A stretch of 64,000 nucleotides of DNA from the NCBI GenBank assembly GCA_963803805.1, contig CAWDOD010000011.1, positions 1-64,000 on the forward strand, read 5' to 3'. The notes below the pieces were generated by a model, which had not been told where the DNA came from, ran no database searches, and saw only the letters and a program-made list of their open reading frames with translations. A program made the translations under genes and the position numbers. Below are positions 42,713 through 53,283 of this stretch, one piece after another (the first letter of the stretch is position 1; the number at the start of each line of letters is the position of its first letter). The stretch comes from an uncultured cyanobacterium (GTDB taxonomy: Bacteria > Cyanobacteriota > Cyanobacteriia > Cyanobacteriales > CAWCAG01).

Positions 42713-43240
42713 TACTTATCATACTAAATCTGCTTCATAAAGTGCCTCTATAAAACAACGGCAAAAAATGTCTCAAACCTTACTCCCTACTCCCAAAAGC
42801 AACATCTGCAACCAAACCGAATCGATATCAATTGAATAAAGCTATTTGCTCTTAGCTATTAACAAGCAACCTTTCCCACAACGAGCCTAAGTCCAAATGC
42901 GCCCTACCACCAACTCTAATTCCGACGATAGACCAACCCCAAATTAGCCAGCCAAACACAACTAACGAAGAGCGAAGCGGTTAGGAAGGGTTGTAGGGAA
43001 ACACTTGTTTCCCTGCTGGGGGGTCTGGGGGGCTAGTCCCCCAGTAAAGACTATAACGACCTACAGACCAACTAAAACAAGGAGCAACAAAAAAAGCAAT
43101 ACAAAAATGATTTATTTGTCGCATTATTTTTGCTATTTCATATAACTCTCTCTACAACACCAAACTTAATAAAAAAACTGTAGAGACATCAATTTATCAA
43201 CATCCCTACAGCTTTTAATATCAATTAGCTATTAGCTAAA

Positions 43241-44824
43241 CTAATTAATTTCCGGTGCTTGCAAAGAAATCATTTCTTGACTCTGTACCTCAACCGCAAT
43301 CGTTTCTACCAAAGAAGGAACTGAACTCCTTGCCCTAGCAGTTAACTGAGTCGTTGTCGCATCATAAATTTGGGTAACTAGCTTAGGATAAAAACCAATA
43401 CCAATAATGGGAACCAACAAAGAAGCAATAATAAATACTTCCCTGGGTTCGGCATCAATTAAAGCTTCATGGGATACCAACTCTTTGTTTTCTGGGCCAT
43501 AAAGTAATTCCCGTAACATAGAGAGGAGGTATATAGGAGTTAAAATCACTCCAACGGCGGCTAGAAAGACCACCAACACCTTGAAAGTGGGGTTATAGGC
43601 ATCGCTAGTGGCAAAGCCGACAAACACCATTAATTCCGCTACAAAACCACTCATTCCTGGCAAAGCTAAAGAGGCAAAGGAACAAGTCGTCCACATAGCA
43701 AAAACTTTCTTCATCCTTTGTCCTACTCCCCCCATTTCATCCAACATCAGGGTATGGGTACGGTCATAGGTGCAACCTACCATGAAAAATAAGCTTGCCC
43801 CAATTAATCCGTGGGAAATCATTTGTAACATCGCCCCACTGGTTCCTAATTCTGTAAAGGAACCCAAACCAATTAAAACAAAGCCCATGTGGGAAATGGA
43901 AGAGTAAGCGATTTTGCGCTTCAAATTACGTTGGGCAAAGGAGGTTAATGCCGCATAAACAATATTAACTACCCCCAGAATTACCAAAACCGGAGCAAAG
44001 ACAGCATGGGCATCGGGCAACATCCCCATATTCATCCGAAATAGGGCATAGCCTCCCATTTTTAACAAAATACCTGCCAGGAGCATATGGGCGGGGGCTG
44101 TGGCTTCACCGTGGGCATCTGGCAACCAGGTATGTAAAGGGAAGATGGGCAGTTTTACACCGTAGGCAATTAAGAATCCTCCATAAAGCAGTAATTGCAA
44201 ATTAAGAGGAATATCTTTAGCAGCGATCGCCTGCATATCAAAAGTTACGGTATCACCGTAAAACGCCATAGTTAAAGCGCCGACTAAAATAAACAGCGAT
44301 CCACCGGCGGTATAAAGAATAAACTTTGTGGCGGCATAAAGGCGTTTTTTCCCTCCCCAAATGGAGAGTATTAAGTAAACAGGAACTAATTCTAGTTCCC
44401 ATACTAAGAAAAACAGCAACATATCTTGAACAGCAAAGACAGCGATTTGACCGCCGTACATCGCCAACATCAAGAAGTAGAATAATCTCGGCTTGAAAGT
44501 AACAGGCCAAGCTGCCATTACCGCCAGGGTAGTGATAAAGCCCGTTAGGATAATCAGTGGCATGGCTAAACCATCAGCCCCCACTGACCACTTCAAATCA
44601 AGGGCAGGAACCCAGGAATAGCTTTCTACTAATTGCAATTCAGGATTAGCTAAGTCGTAACCATTGTAAAAAGCATAAACAATGACAATAAAGTCAATTA
44701 ATCCCACAATTAAGGCATACCACTTTACGGTTTTCCCGTCTCCTTTGTCAGGAACAAACGGAATCAGTAAAGCTGCTGCAATGGGAAAGAGAATAATCGT
44801 TGTTAGCCAAGGAAATTCTGTCAT
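43241..44824 (-). CDS. ndhD1: NAD(P)H-quinone oxidoreductase subunit 4
   Basis: [29 protein letters not shown]; directly downstream of ndhF1. Confidence 0.92.
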   Translation of the reverse strand: MTEFPWLTTIILFPIAAALLIPFVPDKGDGKTVKWYALIVGLIDFIVIVYAFYNGYDLANPELQLVESYSWVPALDLKWSVGADGLAMPLIILTGFITTLAVMAAWPVTFKPRLFYFLMLAMYGGQIAVFAVQDMLLFFLVWELELVPVYLILSIWGGKKRLYAATKFILYTAGGSLFILVGALTMAFYGDTVTFDMQAIAAKDIPLNLQLLLYGGFLIAYGVKLPIFPLHTWLPDAHGEATAPAHMLLAGILLKMGGYALFRMNMGMLPDAHAVFAPVLVILGVVNIVYAALTSFAQRNLKRKIAYSSISHMGFVLIGLGSFTELGTSGAMLQMISHGLIGASLFFMVGCTYDRTHTLMLDEMGGVGQRMKKVFAMWTTCSFASLALPGMSGFVAELMVFVGFATSDAYNPTFKVLVVFLAAVGVILTPIYLLSMLRELLYGPENKELVSHEALIDAEPREVFIIASLLVPIIGIGFYPKLVTQIYDATTTQLTARARSSVPSLVETIAVEVQSQEMISLQAPEIN

Positions 44825-44854
44825 AAGTTCTCAATTCAGCAAGTGATTATGATG

Positions 44855-44897
44855 GCGGGGAGATGGGGAGATGGGGAGACGGGGAGACGGGGAGACA
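44855..44897. repeat. Octamer tandem repeat (GGGGAGAY)
   Basis: About five copies between ndhF and ndhD; related copies near 13628-13650 and 58483-58513. Confidence 0.8.
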
Positions 44898-44989
44898 CTT
44901 AAATTTAAAACATTGGGAAAGTTTTTAAAAACTCTTCTCTAGTTTTAGAATCTATACTATTTCCCCAACTCCAGACTTCCCTAATTCCC

Positions 44990-47062
44990 TTAGGTTACGC
45001 TTGAAACAACCACGAAGCCTAGTACCGCAGCAAAGATAATTAAAGCGTAAAATTGGGCGCGACCATTTTCTAGGTATTTCAAACCTTCACCACTAACAAT
45101 GGCAGCTAAACCCGTTAAATTAACCGCACCATCTACTACCCGGTAATCCACTTCCATAATTTGCCTTGCTAAGCGACGCAAACCTTTAACAAAGGCAACT
45201 TCGTAGATGTCGTTGAGATACCACTTATTAAGGGAGAAGTTGTAGAGAGGTTTGATTTTAGAGGCGATCGCCCCAGGATTAATAACTTTGCGGGAATACA
45301 TCAGTGAAGCCAGAGTGATACCAATTAAGGCAATACCCACAGAATTCCCTGCCATAATCAAAAACTCTGACCACTCAAAATGCGCTGCTTCTGCGACTGC
45401 TTCTGCGGCTGTTTCCGTGGGAGGATAGATAAATTCCTCAAAAGAGTTAGCCCAAGGGCGACCCAGCCAACCAATGAAAATTGAAGGGACAGCAAGAATG
45501 AGTAGAGGTAGAGTCATGGTTAAAGGAGACTCGTGGGGTTCGCTGCTATGGTGTTCACCATGGGTATCGTGGGCTTCTTCTGATTCTAGTTCCTTAACAT
45601 TCATTGCCCCAGGGCCAAAAGCAGGTTGAGGTGCAACTCCAGCTTCTGCTTTTAAAGAAGCACGAATGGCCATATCATTACCACGAAACTCGCCGCCAAA
45701 GGTGAGGAAATACATCCGGAACATATAAAAGGCAGTGATTCCGGCGGTTAACCAACCGATGAACCAAAGGGCTGGGTTAGCAAAGAAAGCACTACCGAGA
45801 ATTTCATCTTTTGACCAAAAACCAGCAAAGGGAGGAATGCCACAAATTGCTAAAGTCCCAACCAAGAAGGTTAGGTGAGTCATAGGCATATATTTACGCA
45901 AGTTACCCATTAACCGCATATCCTGGGCCAAAACTGGGTCATGACCAACAACGGCTTCCATGCCGTGAATTACTGACCCAGAACAAAGGAAAAGCATTGC
46001 TTTGAAGAAAGCATGGGTCATGAGGTGGAAAAGTCCTGCTGAGTAGGCTCCAATACCCATAGCCATAACCATATAACCTAACTGGGAAATGGTGGAGTAG
46101 GCTAAACCTTTTTTAATATCATTTTGGGTAATAGCGATGCTAGCCCCCAAAAAGGCTGTAAATGCTCCTGTCCAAGCAATGGTGTTCATGGCCACAGGAA
46201 TATCGGCAAATACAGGATACATCCTCGCTACCAGAAAAACTCCTGCTGCCACCATCGTGGCGGCGTGAATCAAAGCAGAAATTGGCGTAGGGCCTTCCAT
46301 GGCATCGGGAAGCCAAACATGGAGGGGAAATTGGGCTGACTTAGCTACCGGGCCTAGGAATACTAATACAGCGAATAGAGCAGCTAAACCGGCGGATAAA
46401 GCACCAGAAGTTACTAATTCTTGTAGGCGATCGCCCATAACTTCAAATTCAAAGCTGCCTGTAGCCCAATATAAACCGAGCATTCCTAGTAATAAGCCAA
46501 AGTCCCCTACCCTATTGGTCACAAATGCTTTTTGACAAGCATCAGCCGCCGCTTTGCGGTCGAACCAAAAACCAATTAGTAGATAGGAACACATTCCTAC
46601 CAATTCCCAGAAAATATAAATCTGGACGAGGTTTGGGCTAATAACCAAGCCCAACATTGAAGAACTAAATAAACTTAAATAGGCATAGAAACGTACATAA
46701 CCTGGGTCATGGGCCATATAACCATCGGTGTAGATCATCACCAAAAAGGCTACGGTGGTCACAACAACTAACATCAAGGCGGTGAGATGATCTATGGTAT
46801 AGCCCATGGCCAGATGAAAGCTTCCTGCTGCTGCCCATTCAAAAGTACGGGTAAAGGTTTCGTGACCGTGAATTTGACTCCACAGCAAAGCAAATGACAA
46901 AACCATTGCCGCTCCCAAGAGGGAGATAATAAATACAGCATTTATTTGCCGTAGACGATTAGTCGCATTACTGAAGGAGATTAAGCCTAGGCCAACCAAC
47001 ATTGCTCCGGCTAGGGGCAAAAGTGGAATCAACCAAGCGTACTGATAAAGCGGTTCCATCAC
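44990..47062 (-). CDS. ndhF1: NAD(P)H-quinone oxidoreductase subunit 5
   Basis: WELVGMCSYLLIGFW, KSAQFPLHVWLPDAMEGPTP, HLMTHAFFKA. Confidence 0.95.
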   Translation of the reverse strand: MMEPLYQYAWLIPLLPLAGAMLVGLGLISFSNATNRLRQINAVFIISLLGAAMVLSFALLWSQIHGHETFTRTFEWAAAGSFHLAMGYTIDHLTALMLVVVTTVAFLVMIYTDGYMAHDPGYVRFYAYLSLFSSSMLGLVISPNLVQIYIFWELVGMCSYLLIGFWFDRKAAADACQKAFVTNRVGDFGLLLGMLGLYWATGSFEFEVMGDRLQELVTSGALSAGLAALFAVLVFLGPVAKSAQFPLHVWLPDAMEGPTPISALIHAATMVAAGVFLVARMYPVFADIPVAMNTIAWTGAFTAFLGASIAITQNDIKKGLAYSTISQLGYMVMAMGIGAYSAGLFHLMTHAFFKAMLFLCSGSVIHGMEAVVGHDPVLAQDMRLMGNLRKYMPMTHLTFLVGTLAICGIPPFAGFWSKDEILGSAFFANPALWFIGWLTAGITAFYMFRMYFLTFGGEFRGNDMAIRASLKAEAGVAPQPAFGPGAMNVKELESEEAHDTHGEHHSSEPHESPLTMTLPLLILAVPSIFIGWLGRPWANSFEEFIYPPTETAAEAVAEAAHFEWSEFLIMAGNSVGIALIGITLASLMYSRKVINPGAIASKIKPLYNFSLNKWYLNDIYEVAFVKGLRRLARQIMEVDYRVVDGAVNLTGLAAIVSGEGLKYLENGRAQFYALIIFAAVLGFVVVSSVT

Positions 47063-47184
47063 TTGTCTTACTTTATATTTCTTTACTTTTTAGAAGTACT
47101 CCTGACATTGTGACATAGACAGACCTCTAAGCAAGTCTCCATAATTAACACTTTAAGTAAAGAAAATGTTTTTCCCACCAAACA

Positions 47185-47218
47185 AACCCGCAGACTTGCT
47201 ATAACAAGGGCGGGTTTT
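47185..47218 (-). terminator. Probable terminator downstream of trxC
   Basis: AAACCCGC...GCGGGTTT stem, T-rich 3' side on the minus strand. Confidence 0.45.
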
Positions 47219-47442
47219 CTCACTAATTATGGGGTAAGGCAGATAGAAGGGTTTTTAGGGAAATATACTCTTTGGTTTGATTGTTAGTCCCCTATCATTA
47301 CTTGTTGGTAAGGAAATATCAAAAAAAGCATCAGAGAAATTACAGAGGTCAGAAAACGCTAAAATAATTAACATTTTATTCAGTTCTTGACCCTTTTTAA
47401 CTCCTTTTCTCTCAGGAAAGTTTACGCTTCTATATTCAAGTG

Positions 47443-47784
47443 CTACACAGTGTTGATACTCAATGTTCCTAAATGAGCTTTGAGGCTGGATTGTAAATCT
47501 TCTCTCCCCTGAAAAGTTTCTACACGATGCACTACTGTTCCCTTTTCTAGTAGAAGAACAGTTGGTAAGTTACTAAGGCGGTAGCTATTAGCCAACTTGA
47601 GATTTTTATCAGCATTAACTCTTGCTATCTTAACTTCGCAGTCTAATTCAGACTGTAAATTCCGTAGAATTGGTGAAACTAGACGGCATAAACCGCACCA
47701 GGGGGCCCAGAATTCTACAATAACGGGTAAAGGAGATTGCAAAACTTCTTGGTCAAAATTATTTTCACTGACAGAGATGATCAT
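47443..47784 (-). CDS. trxC: Cyanobacterial c-type thioredoxin
   Basis: Atypical WCGLC active site characteristic of TrxC; adjacent to an NnrU-family gene. Confidence 0.85.
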   Translation of the reverse strand: MIISVSENNFDQEVLQSPLPVIVEFWAPWCGLCRLVSPILRNLQSELDCEVKIARVNADKNLKLANSYRLSNLPTVLLLEKGTVVHRVETFQGREDLQSSLKAHLGTLSINTV

Positions 47785-47910
47785 GATCCCGAAAGTTATC
47801 TATAGATTTGTTATTAATAATGATTTGAAAATTATGCTAACCCCAATGGGGATCAGCTAGTACAGGCGATTTTAGCAAAAATTTGTCTTAAAGTGATCAA
47901 ATTGTTAATG

Positions 47911-47955
47911 GCTAGTTGCTAGTTGCTAGTTGCTAGTTGCTAGTTGCTAGTTGCT
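47911..47955. repeat. STRR-type heptamer repeat (GCTAGTT)x6
   Basis: Six exact copies; degenerate copies near 33220, 33975-34020 and 53262-53288. Confidence 0.9.
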
Positions 47956-47963
47956 CCATCTCA

Positions 47964-48680
47964 TTACAAACCTGCCCTGGCTGTTACTACCATCAACCAA
48001 GGATGTCCCCACCACAGTAATAGAGTAAAAGTAATAACTCCTACGTAAGCAGGACGGAGAAATTCTTGCCATTTCAGGGTTTGGCGATCGCTTAAAATAG
48101 CGGCGAAGGGAACAACAGAAGTCCTCGCTTTAGCAGCAAGAAAGGCTTCGCCGTAGCGCTTTTCTAAACGTTTGTCTCCGTGCCAAACGGCGAAGAGATG
48201 ATGGGCAATTAAACCTAATGAAGTGAGAAGGGTAAAAGTTGTACCAATCCAAAGGGTATGGGCAATACACCAAATAATTTGTCCTACCATTTGAGGATGG
48301 CGAGTAATGCGAATAATTCCTGTTTCAAAAAGATGAACTTGAGGTTTTTGGATCGCAGCGATTTCCAGGAGGTTAAAAGTGGCTGGGTAAAGGAACAGAA
48401 AGGAAATAGCTGAAAGCATCCAGACTAAAGTTTTGATTCCCGGAATGCCTTGTACCTGCCAGAGAAATAAGCCGTCGTAATGATGGTTAAAAAAGTAAGT
48501 GATGAGGATGACGGCAAAAGGAATACTAATTAGGGCAAATATAATTCTATAAAGTCGGGGACTAATTTTAGCTTCTGCCCAAGGGCGCAGGGCTGCTAAG
48601 CCACTGTGGGTAAGGGCAAAGCCTAAAAGCATCAAGAGCATAATTCCATGACTCAACGTTAGCCAGTTTTCTGCTTGCAT
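47964..48680 (-). CDS. NnrU-family protein, probable 15-cis-zeta-carotene isomerase (Z-ISO)
   Basis: HSGLAALR, PATFNLLEIAA, GIIRITRHPQMVG, HHLFAVWHGD; ATG 48680. Confidence 0.85.
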   Translation of the reverse strand: MQAENWLTLSHGIMLLMLLGFALTHSGLAALRPWAEAKISPRLYRIIFALISIPFAVILITYFFNHHYDGLFLWQVQGIPGIKTLVWMLSAISFLFLYPATFNLLEIAAIQKPQVHLFETGIIRITRHPQMVGQIIWCIAHTLWIGTTFTLLTSLGLIAHHLFAVWHGDKRLEKRYGEAFLAAKARTSVVPFAAILSDRQTLKWQEFLRPAYVGVITFTLLLWWGHPWLMVVTARAGL

Positions 48681-49168
48681 ATGAATATTAGTTAATTCGT
48701 TAAAACGTAATTGTGAAAGTATTTTTGATGGCCATCTAGTTTGGATAGGCAAACTTACACCTATCTAAATGCAGAAAAATCTTTTTTCTGTTACAGAAGA
48801 AATAACGGATAAAACCCTTGATATTGAAGGGTTATTTTCTTTATATTGTACCTTCAGTTAGCTCTTTAACTAGTTTGAAATAAAAGATTTTCAATATTTA
48901 GCTGATCACAAAAAGGTTGTCAAGGAGATAATTCTCAAGATTACTTGATCCCCTTGGTGTGTTACTGTCAAATTCAGCAAGGTTATAGGCAACATTCACA
49001 ATTCACAGCGCCCAAGAATTTATCGATCCCGATTGAGCGGCGGTGACTATTGGTTGCTTCTGTGCAAATTGGAATTTGGCGTAAAAAAACAAGGTATTTT
49101 TGCCTAATTTTTATTCTAGACAAAATCCCCTTGGAATCTCTGTTTCCTCATTTTTGATGTTAAGTCCT

Positions 49169-50161
49169 ATGTCTGACATACCTTTTACTTTAGATCAACT
49201 CCGCATCCTCAAAGCGATCGCAGCAGAAGGGAGTTTTAAGCGGGCTGCGGATAGTTTATATGTTTCTCAACCAGCCGTAAGTCTTCAGGTACAAAACTTA
49301 GAAAGACAATTAAATGTACCATTATTCGATCGAGGAGGAAGACGAGCGCAATTAACAGAAGCGGGACACTTACTTTTAGAATACGGAGAAAAAGTTCTCT
49401 CTCTGTGCCAAGAAACTTGTCGGGCAATTGAAGATTTACAAAATCTTCAAGGGGGTACTCTGATTGTGGGTGCTTCTCAAACCACCGGAACCTACCTTCT
49501 TCCCCGCATGATTGGCAGGTTCAGACAGCAATATCCTGATGTGTCTGTGCAATTACAGGTTCACTCTACTAGGCGAACTTCCTGGAGTGTAGCTAATGGT
49601 CAAGTAGACTTAGCTATTATCGGTGGAGAAGTTCCTTCTGAATTGCAAGACACTTTAGAAATAACTCCCTACGCTGAAGATGAGTTAGCTTTGATTTTAC
49701 CCCCTTTACATAGCTTAGCCAAAAGCGAATCTATACAAAAAGAAGACCTTTACAAAATACAATTTATTGCCTTAGACTCCCAATCAACTATTCGTAAAGT
49801 CATTGACCAAGTATTAACTCGTAGTGGTATCAACACAAAAAGGCTCAAAGTTGAAATGGAGTTAAACTCTATTGAAGCTATTAAGAATGCTGTTCAATCT
49901 GGCTTAGGAGCAGCTTTTGTCTCTGTTTCTGCCATCGAAAAAGAACTACAGATGGGCATTCTACACCGCGCTCAAATTCAAGATTTTGTCATTAAACGGA
50001 CTCTTGCAGTAATTGTGAATCCAAACCGCTATCGTTCTAAAGCCGCAGAAGCCTTTAGTAAAGAAATTCTGCCCCTGTTTTCTAGCCAAGGAAGGAAATT
50101 CGGACTTAACCAGCATACAGAGTTAAAAAACTCTACTCAATCTCATATTGTCGCTCCTTAA
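49169..50161 (+). CDS. rbcR: LysR regulator, Ycf30/RbcR type
   Basis: [18 protein letters not shown] start, [18 protein letters not shown]. Confidence 0.85.
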   Translation: MSDIPFTLDQLRILKAIAAEGSFKRAADSLYVSQPAVSLQVQNLERQLNVPLFDRGGRRAQLTEAGHLLLEYGEKVLSLCQETCRAIEDLQNLQGGTLIVGASQTTGTYLLPRMIGRFRQQYPDVSVQLQVHSTRRTSWSVANGQVDLAIIGGEVPSELQDTLEITPYAEDELALILPPLHSLAKSESIQKEDLYKIQFIALDSQSTIRKVIDQVLTRSGINTKRLKVEMELNSIEAIKNAVQSGLGAAFVSVSAIEKELQMGILHRAQIQDFVIKRTLAVIVNPNRYRSKAAEAFSKEILPLFSSQGRKFGLNQHTELKNSTQSHIVAP

Positions 50162-50265
50162 TAGGGAGTAGGGGGCAGGTAGTGGGGAATAGAAAATTTA
50201 CAATTCATTGGCAAACACTATAAGATGAGCCTAATCGTAGTAGTTAAAATCGGGTTATTTAGTCA

Positions 50266-51699
50266 ATGAAAATTCACTGCACCCGTCCTGGTTGTCCCCG
50301 ACCAGAAAACTTTTTTGCTGATCTTGATGACGAAAATACCCTGATTACCACCCAGCAGAAGTATTGTACTTCTTGTGGAATGCCTTTGATCTTAGCCGGG
50401 CGCTATATTCCCTCCAAACTGCTTGGCAAAGGGGGCTTTGGTGCAGCATTTTTGGCGACAGATCGCTATACTCCCACCAAACGCCAGTGCGTAGCTAAAC
50501 AGTTTCAACCTCCTGCTAATCTTAATCCTCAGCAATTACAAATTGCGAAAACTCTTTTTGAGAGAGAAGCTGAAGTTTTGGAACAGTTAGGTAATGAACA
50601 TCCCCAAATTCCTAACTTGTATGCCTTTTTTCCCCTCATCATTCCAAGTATCAATTCTAGTGGGGAAGACCAGTTCTTTTATTTGGTGCAGAAGTTTATT
50701 GATGGCGAAGATTTAGAACACGAATTAGCTCGCAAGGGTAAGTTAACAGAAGAAGAAATTAGAGAAATTCTTACAGAAGTTCTTAAGGTTCTTAGTTTCG
50801 TTCACAGCAACGGTTCTATTCACCGCGACATTAAACCATCCAATATTATGCGAGAAAAGGGAGGGCGTTTATATTTATTGGATTTTGGTGCAGTTAAGCA
50901 AGTAACCAATGCTCCTGGGGCAGCAGGAGGTAGATCCACAGGCATTTATTCCATGGGATTTGCCCCTCCAGAACAAATGGCAGGTTCTCAAGTTTACCCT
51001 TCTACAGATTTGTATGCCTTAGCTGCTACTTGTATTAATTTACTAACTGGTAAGGATACAGAAGAACTTTATGACTCCTACAACAATACTTGGGACTGGC
51101 AGCCCCAAGCACCAGGAGTAAGCACTCAATTAGCTGAAGTTCTTAATAGAATGTTGCGGCGAACTCCTAGTGAACGCTTTCAAACTGCCCAAGAGGTTTT
51201 AGATGCTCTCAAGCCTCCTAAGAAATATAGTCCTCCCCCTCCACCTCCAACTCCAACCCCTTCTACTCCCGCCACTACCCCTACTCCAAGGGCTACCCCT
51301 CCAACACTCCCACCAACTCAGCCTCCAGTAAAAGTCAAGCAAGGTACGAAGTTTTCTTTAATAGAGACTTTAAGCGCGGCTGCTTTTACGGGTTTTGAGG
51401 GAGGGCTACTGTTTGTCGCTTTTGATAGCTTATTCGACTCTCCAGGGTTGAGTATGGGAATTTTTGGTATGGTGCTGGCAGGACTTATGTTTGCTGAATA
51501 TCGTCGCTTCATTGAAAAGTGGGATTTTGCCATTATTGGCACAATTACTCTGCTATTAGTAATGTTCGTTCCTTTGCTTAATGATGCTGTAGGTGATCAA
51601 GCAATTGTTTTCGGTATAGCTATTTTTGCGGCGGCGGCAGCAGTTGCAATTACAGCTCTTTTCCGTTTAATTTATTTATTATTATCTAAGTTTCTTTAA
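50266..51699 (+). CDS. Ser/Thr protein kinase with N-terminal 4-Cys domain and C-terminal TMs
   Basis: GKGGFG, VAK, HRDIKPSN, DFG, PPE; Pro/Thr linker; about four TMs. Confidence 0.95.
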   Translation: MKIHCTRPGCPRPENFFADLDDENTLITTQQKYCTSCGMPLILAGRYIPSKLLGKGGFGAAFLATDRYTPTKRQCVAKQFQPPANLNPQQLQIAKTLFEREAEVLEQLGNEHPQIPNLYAFFPLIIPSINSSGEDQFFYLVQKFIDGEDLEHELARKGKLTEEEIREILTEVLKVLSFVHSNGSIHRDIKPSNIMREKGGRLYLLDFGAVKQVTNAPGAAGGRSTGIYSMGFAPPEQMAGSQVYPSTDLYALAATCINLLTGKDTEELYDSYNNTWDWQPQAPGVSTQLAEVLNRMLRRTPSERFQTAQEVLDALKPPKKYSPPPPPPTPTPSTPATTPTPRATPPTLPPTQPPVKVKQGTKFSLIETLSAAAFTGFEGGLLFVAFDSLFDSPGLSMGIFGMVLAGLMFAEYRRFIEKWDFAIIGTITLLLVMFVPLLNDAVGDQAIVFGIAIFAAAAAVAITALFRLIYLLLSKFL

Positions 51700-51700
51700 C

Positions 51701-52135
51701 TATCGGCTAGACCCCAGATATACCCATTCAATCTTTTATTGTTTAATAATCAGTGCTATTGTTTGCTTAGCTAAATTCACTATCTTCAAAAATATTTTAG
51801 CTTGCCTGCCATATTGGGTAGTATGGGTAGCACCATTAAGCCATTTAGTCATGGATTTATTAGTTGGTGTACATCCCATGCCTTTATTTTGGCCTTTAAA
51901 TTCAAATTTAATTGTTCTTCCCTTCGGAGTATTACCAAGTGCGGGAAAACTCAATATTTTCAATCACTATTTTTGGCGAAATCTAGTTATAGAATCAGGT
52001 GTCTTACTACCAATCATAACGTTCTTTGTCCCGGCTTTAAACCAGCGTATAATTAAAGATAATTCTTTAACAAAGTTCTTGTTATTGCTACTATTTTGTA
52101 CTTGCGGATTCATTAGCATAAATCTTAGTAGATAA
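51701..52135 (+). pseudogene. 5'-truncated metal-dependent membrane hydrolase (DUF457/YdjM-like)
   Basis: Frame open from 51701 reads ...RYTHSIFY...SHLVMD...PLFWPL; no start codon or N-terminal motifs upstream. Confidence 0.6.
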
Positions 52136-52144
52136 TATTTTTAC

Positions 52145-52307
52145 GGTTCTACCGAACCTAGAATGCACAAAAGCGCTGAAAAACGCACCAAGTCTAATAA
52201 ATTCGTTTGTTTATAAGAAATCAAACTATTAAAAGCCGAAGTGCTTATACAACAAGGCTTGTGCTAGTTATTTTTTAATGGTTTGACATTGCAAGTTTGG
52301 TAGAGCC
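52145..52307. mobile_element. ISL3-like MITE (163 bp)
   Basis: Imperfect terminal IRs GGTTCTACCGAACCT / GGCTCTACCAAACTT (reverse complement); AT-rich near-duplicated flanks ATTTTTAC/ATTTTTGA. Confidence 0.65.
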
Positions 52308-52333
52308 ATTTTTGACCAAGTTAAAGAGAAGTC

Positions 52334-53218
52334 TTACTTATCACTTTGTTCTTCACTAGAAGGCTGATAAGTTTCTCCATCAGGCATTCTTGCACCAGTT
52401 AAATCCGCACCTTCAAAGTTAGCTCCGTAGATATTAGCATCGATTAAATTAGCCCTCTTCAGATTTGCTCCTTTAAAATTGCCTTTAATCAGGTTAGCGT
52501 GGGAAAGAATCGCCCTCTCTAAATTAGCTCCTTCTAAATTTGTTCCTTGCAAATTAGCATGGCTAAGATCAGCCATTTTCAAATTAGCTCTAGCTAGGTT
52601 TAACTGAGATAAATTAACCCCATGAAGATCAGCTAGCTGGAGGTTGATTTTCTCTAGATGTACTTGTTCAAAAGTGGCATTCTGTAAATATGTTTGGCTG
52701 AGATTAGCATCGACTAAGTGAGTTTGAGAGAATGTGGCTTTTCTCAAGTCAGACTGTGTTAAATTTGCTTCAGCTAAGTAGGCTTGAGTCAAGTTGGCAC
52801 TACCGAGCTTGGCTCTACTCAAGTCTGCATTAGCTAGAGAAGCTCTGGTTAAATTAGCGCTACTTAAGGAAGCATAAATTAAATAACTATCGTCTAAGTT
52901 GGCAAAAGTTAACGTGCAACTGCTTAAATTAGCATCCTTGAGATTAGCTCGGCTTAAGTCTGTGTAACTTAGATTGCTTGAATTCAAGTCAGCTTTCTCA
53001 AAAGAAGTGCAAGTTAAAGAAGTATTGGTTAAATTAGCATAACGTATGTCGGCTTGAGCTAAATTAGCCTTGCTCAAGTCAGCACCAGTTAAATTAGCTT
53101 CGTGCAAAATGATTTCCTGTAAATCTGCTCCTTGAAGAGATATTCCTCTTAAATCTGCTTCTCTAAATTCCCTTTTACCTTCAGCATATTGTTGAAGCAA
53201 TTCTTCAGCTTTCATCAT
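52334..53218 (-). CDS. Pentapeptide repeat protein
   Basis: A(N/D)Lxx repeats throughout; ends MPDG. Confidence 0.95.
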   Translation of the reverse strand: MMKAEELLQQYAEGKREFREADLRGISLQGADLQEIILHEANLTGADLSKANLAQADIRYANLTNTSLTCTSFEKADLNSSNLSYTDLSRANLKDANLSSCTLTFANLDDSYLIYASLSSANLTRASLANADLSRAKLGSANLTQAYLAEANLTQSDLRKATFSQTHLVDANLSQTYLQNATFEQVHLEKINLQLADLHGVNLSQLNLARANLKMADLSHANLQGTNLEGANLERAILSHANLIKGNFKGANLKRANLIDANIYGANFEGADLTGARMPDGETYQPSSEEQSDK

Positions 53219-53283
53219 AAATTCAATGCTTATTAAGTTGTCATAGTTTTACATATAAACCGCTAGCCACTAGCAACTAGCAA

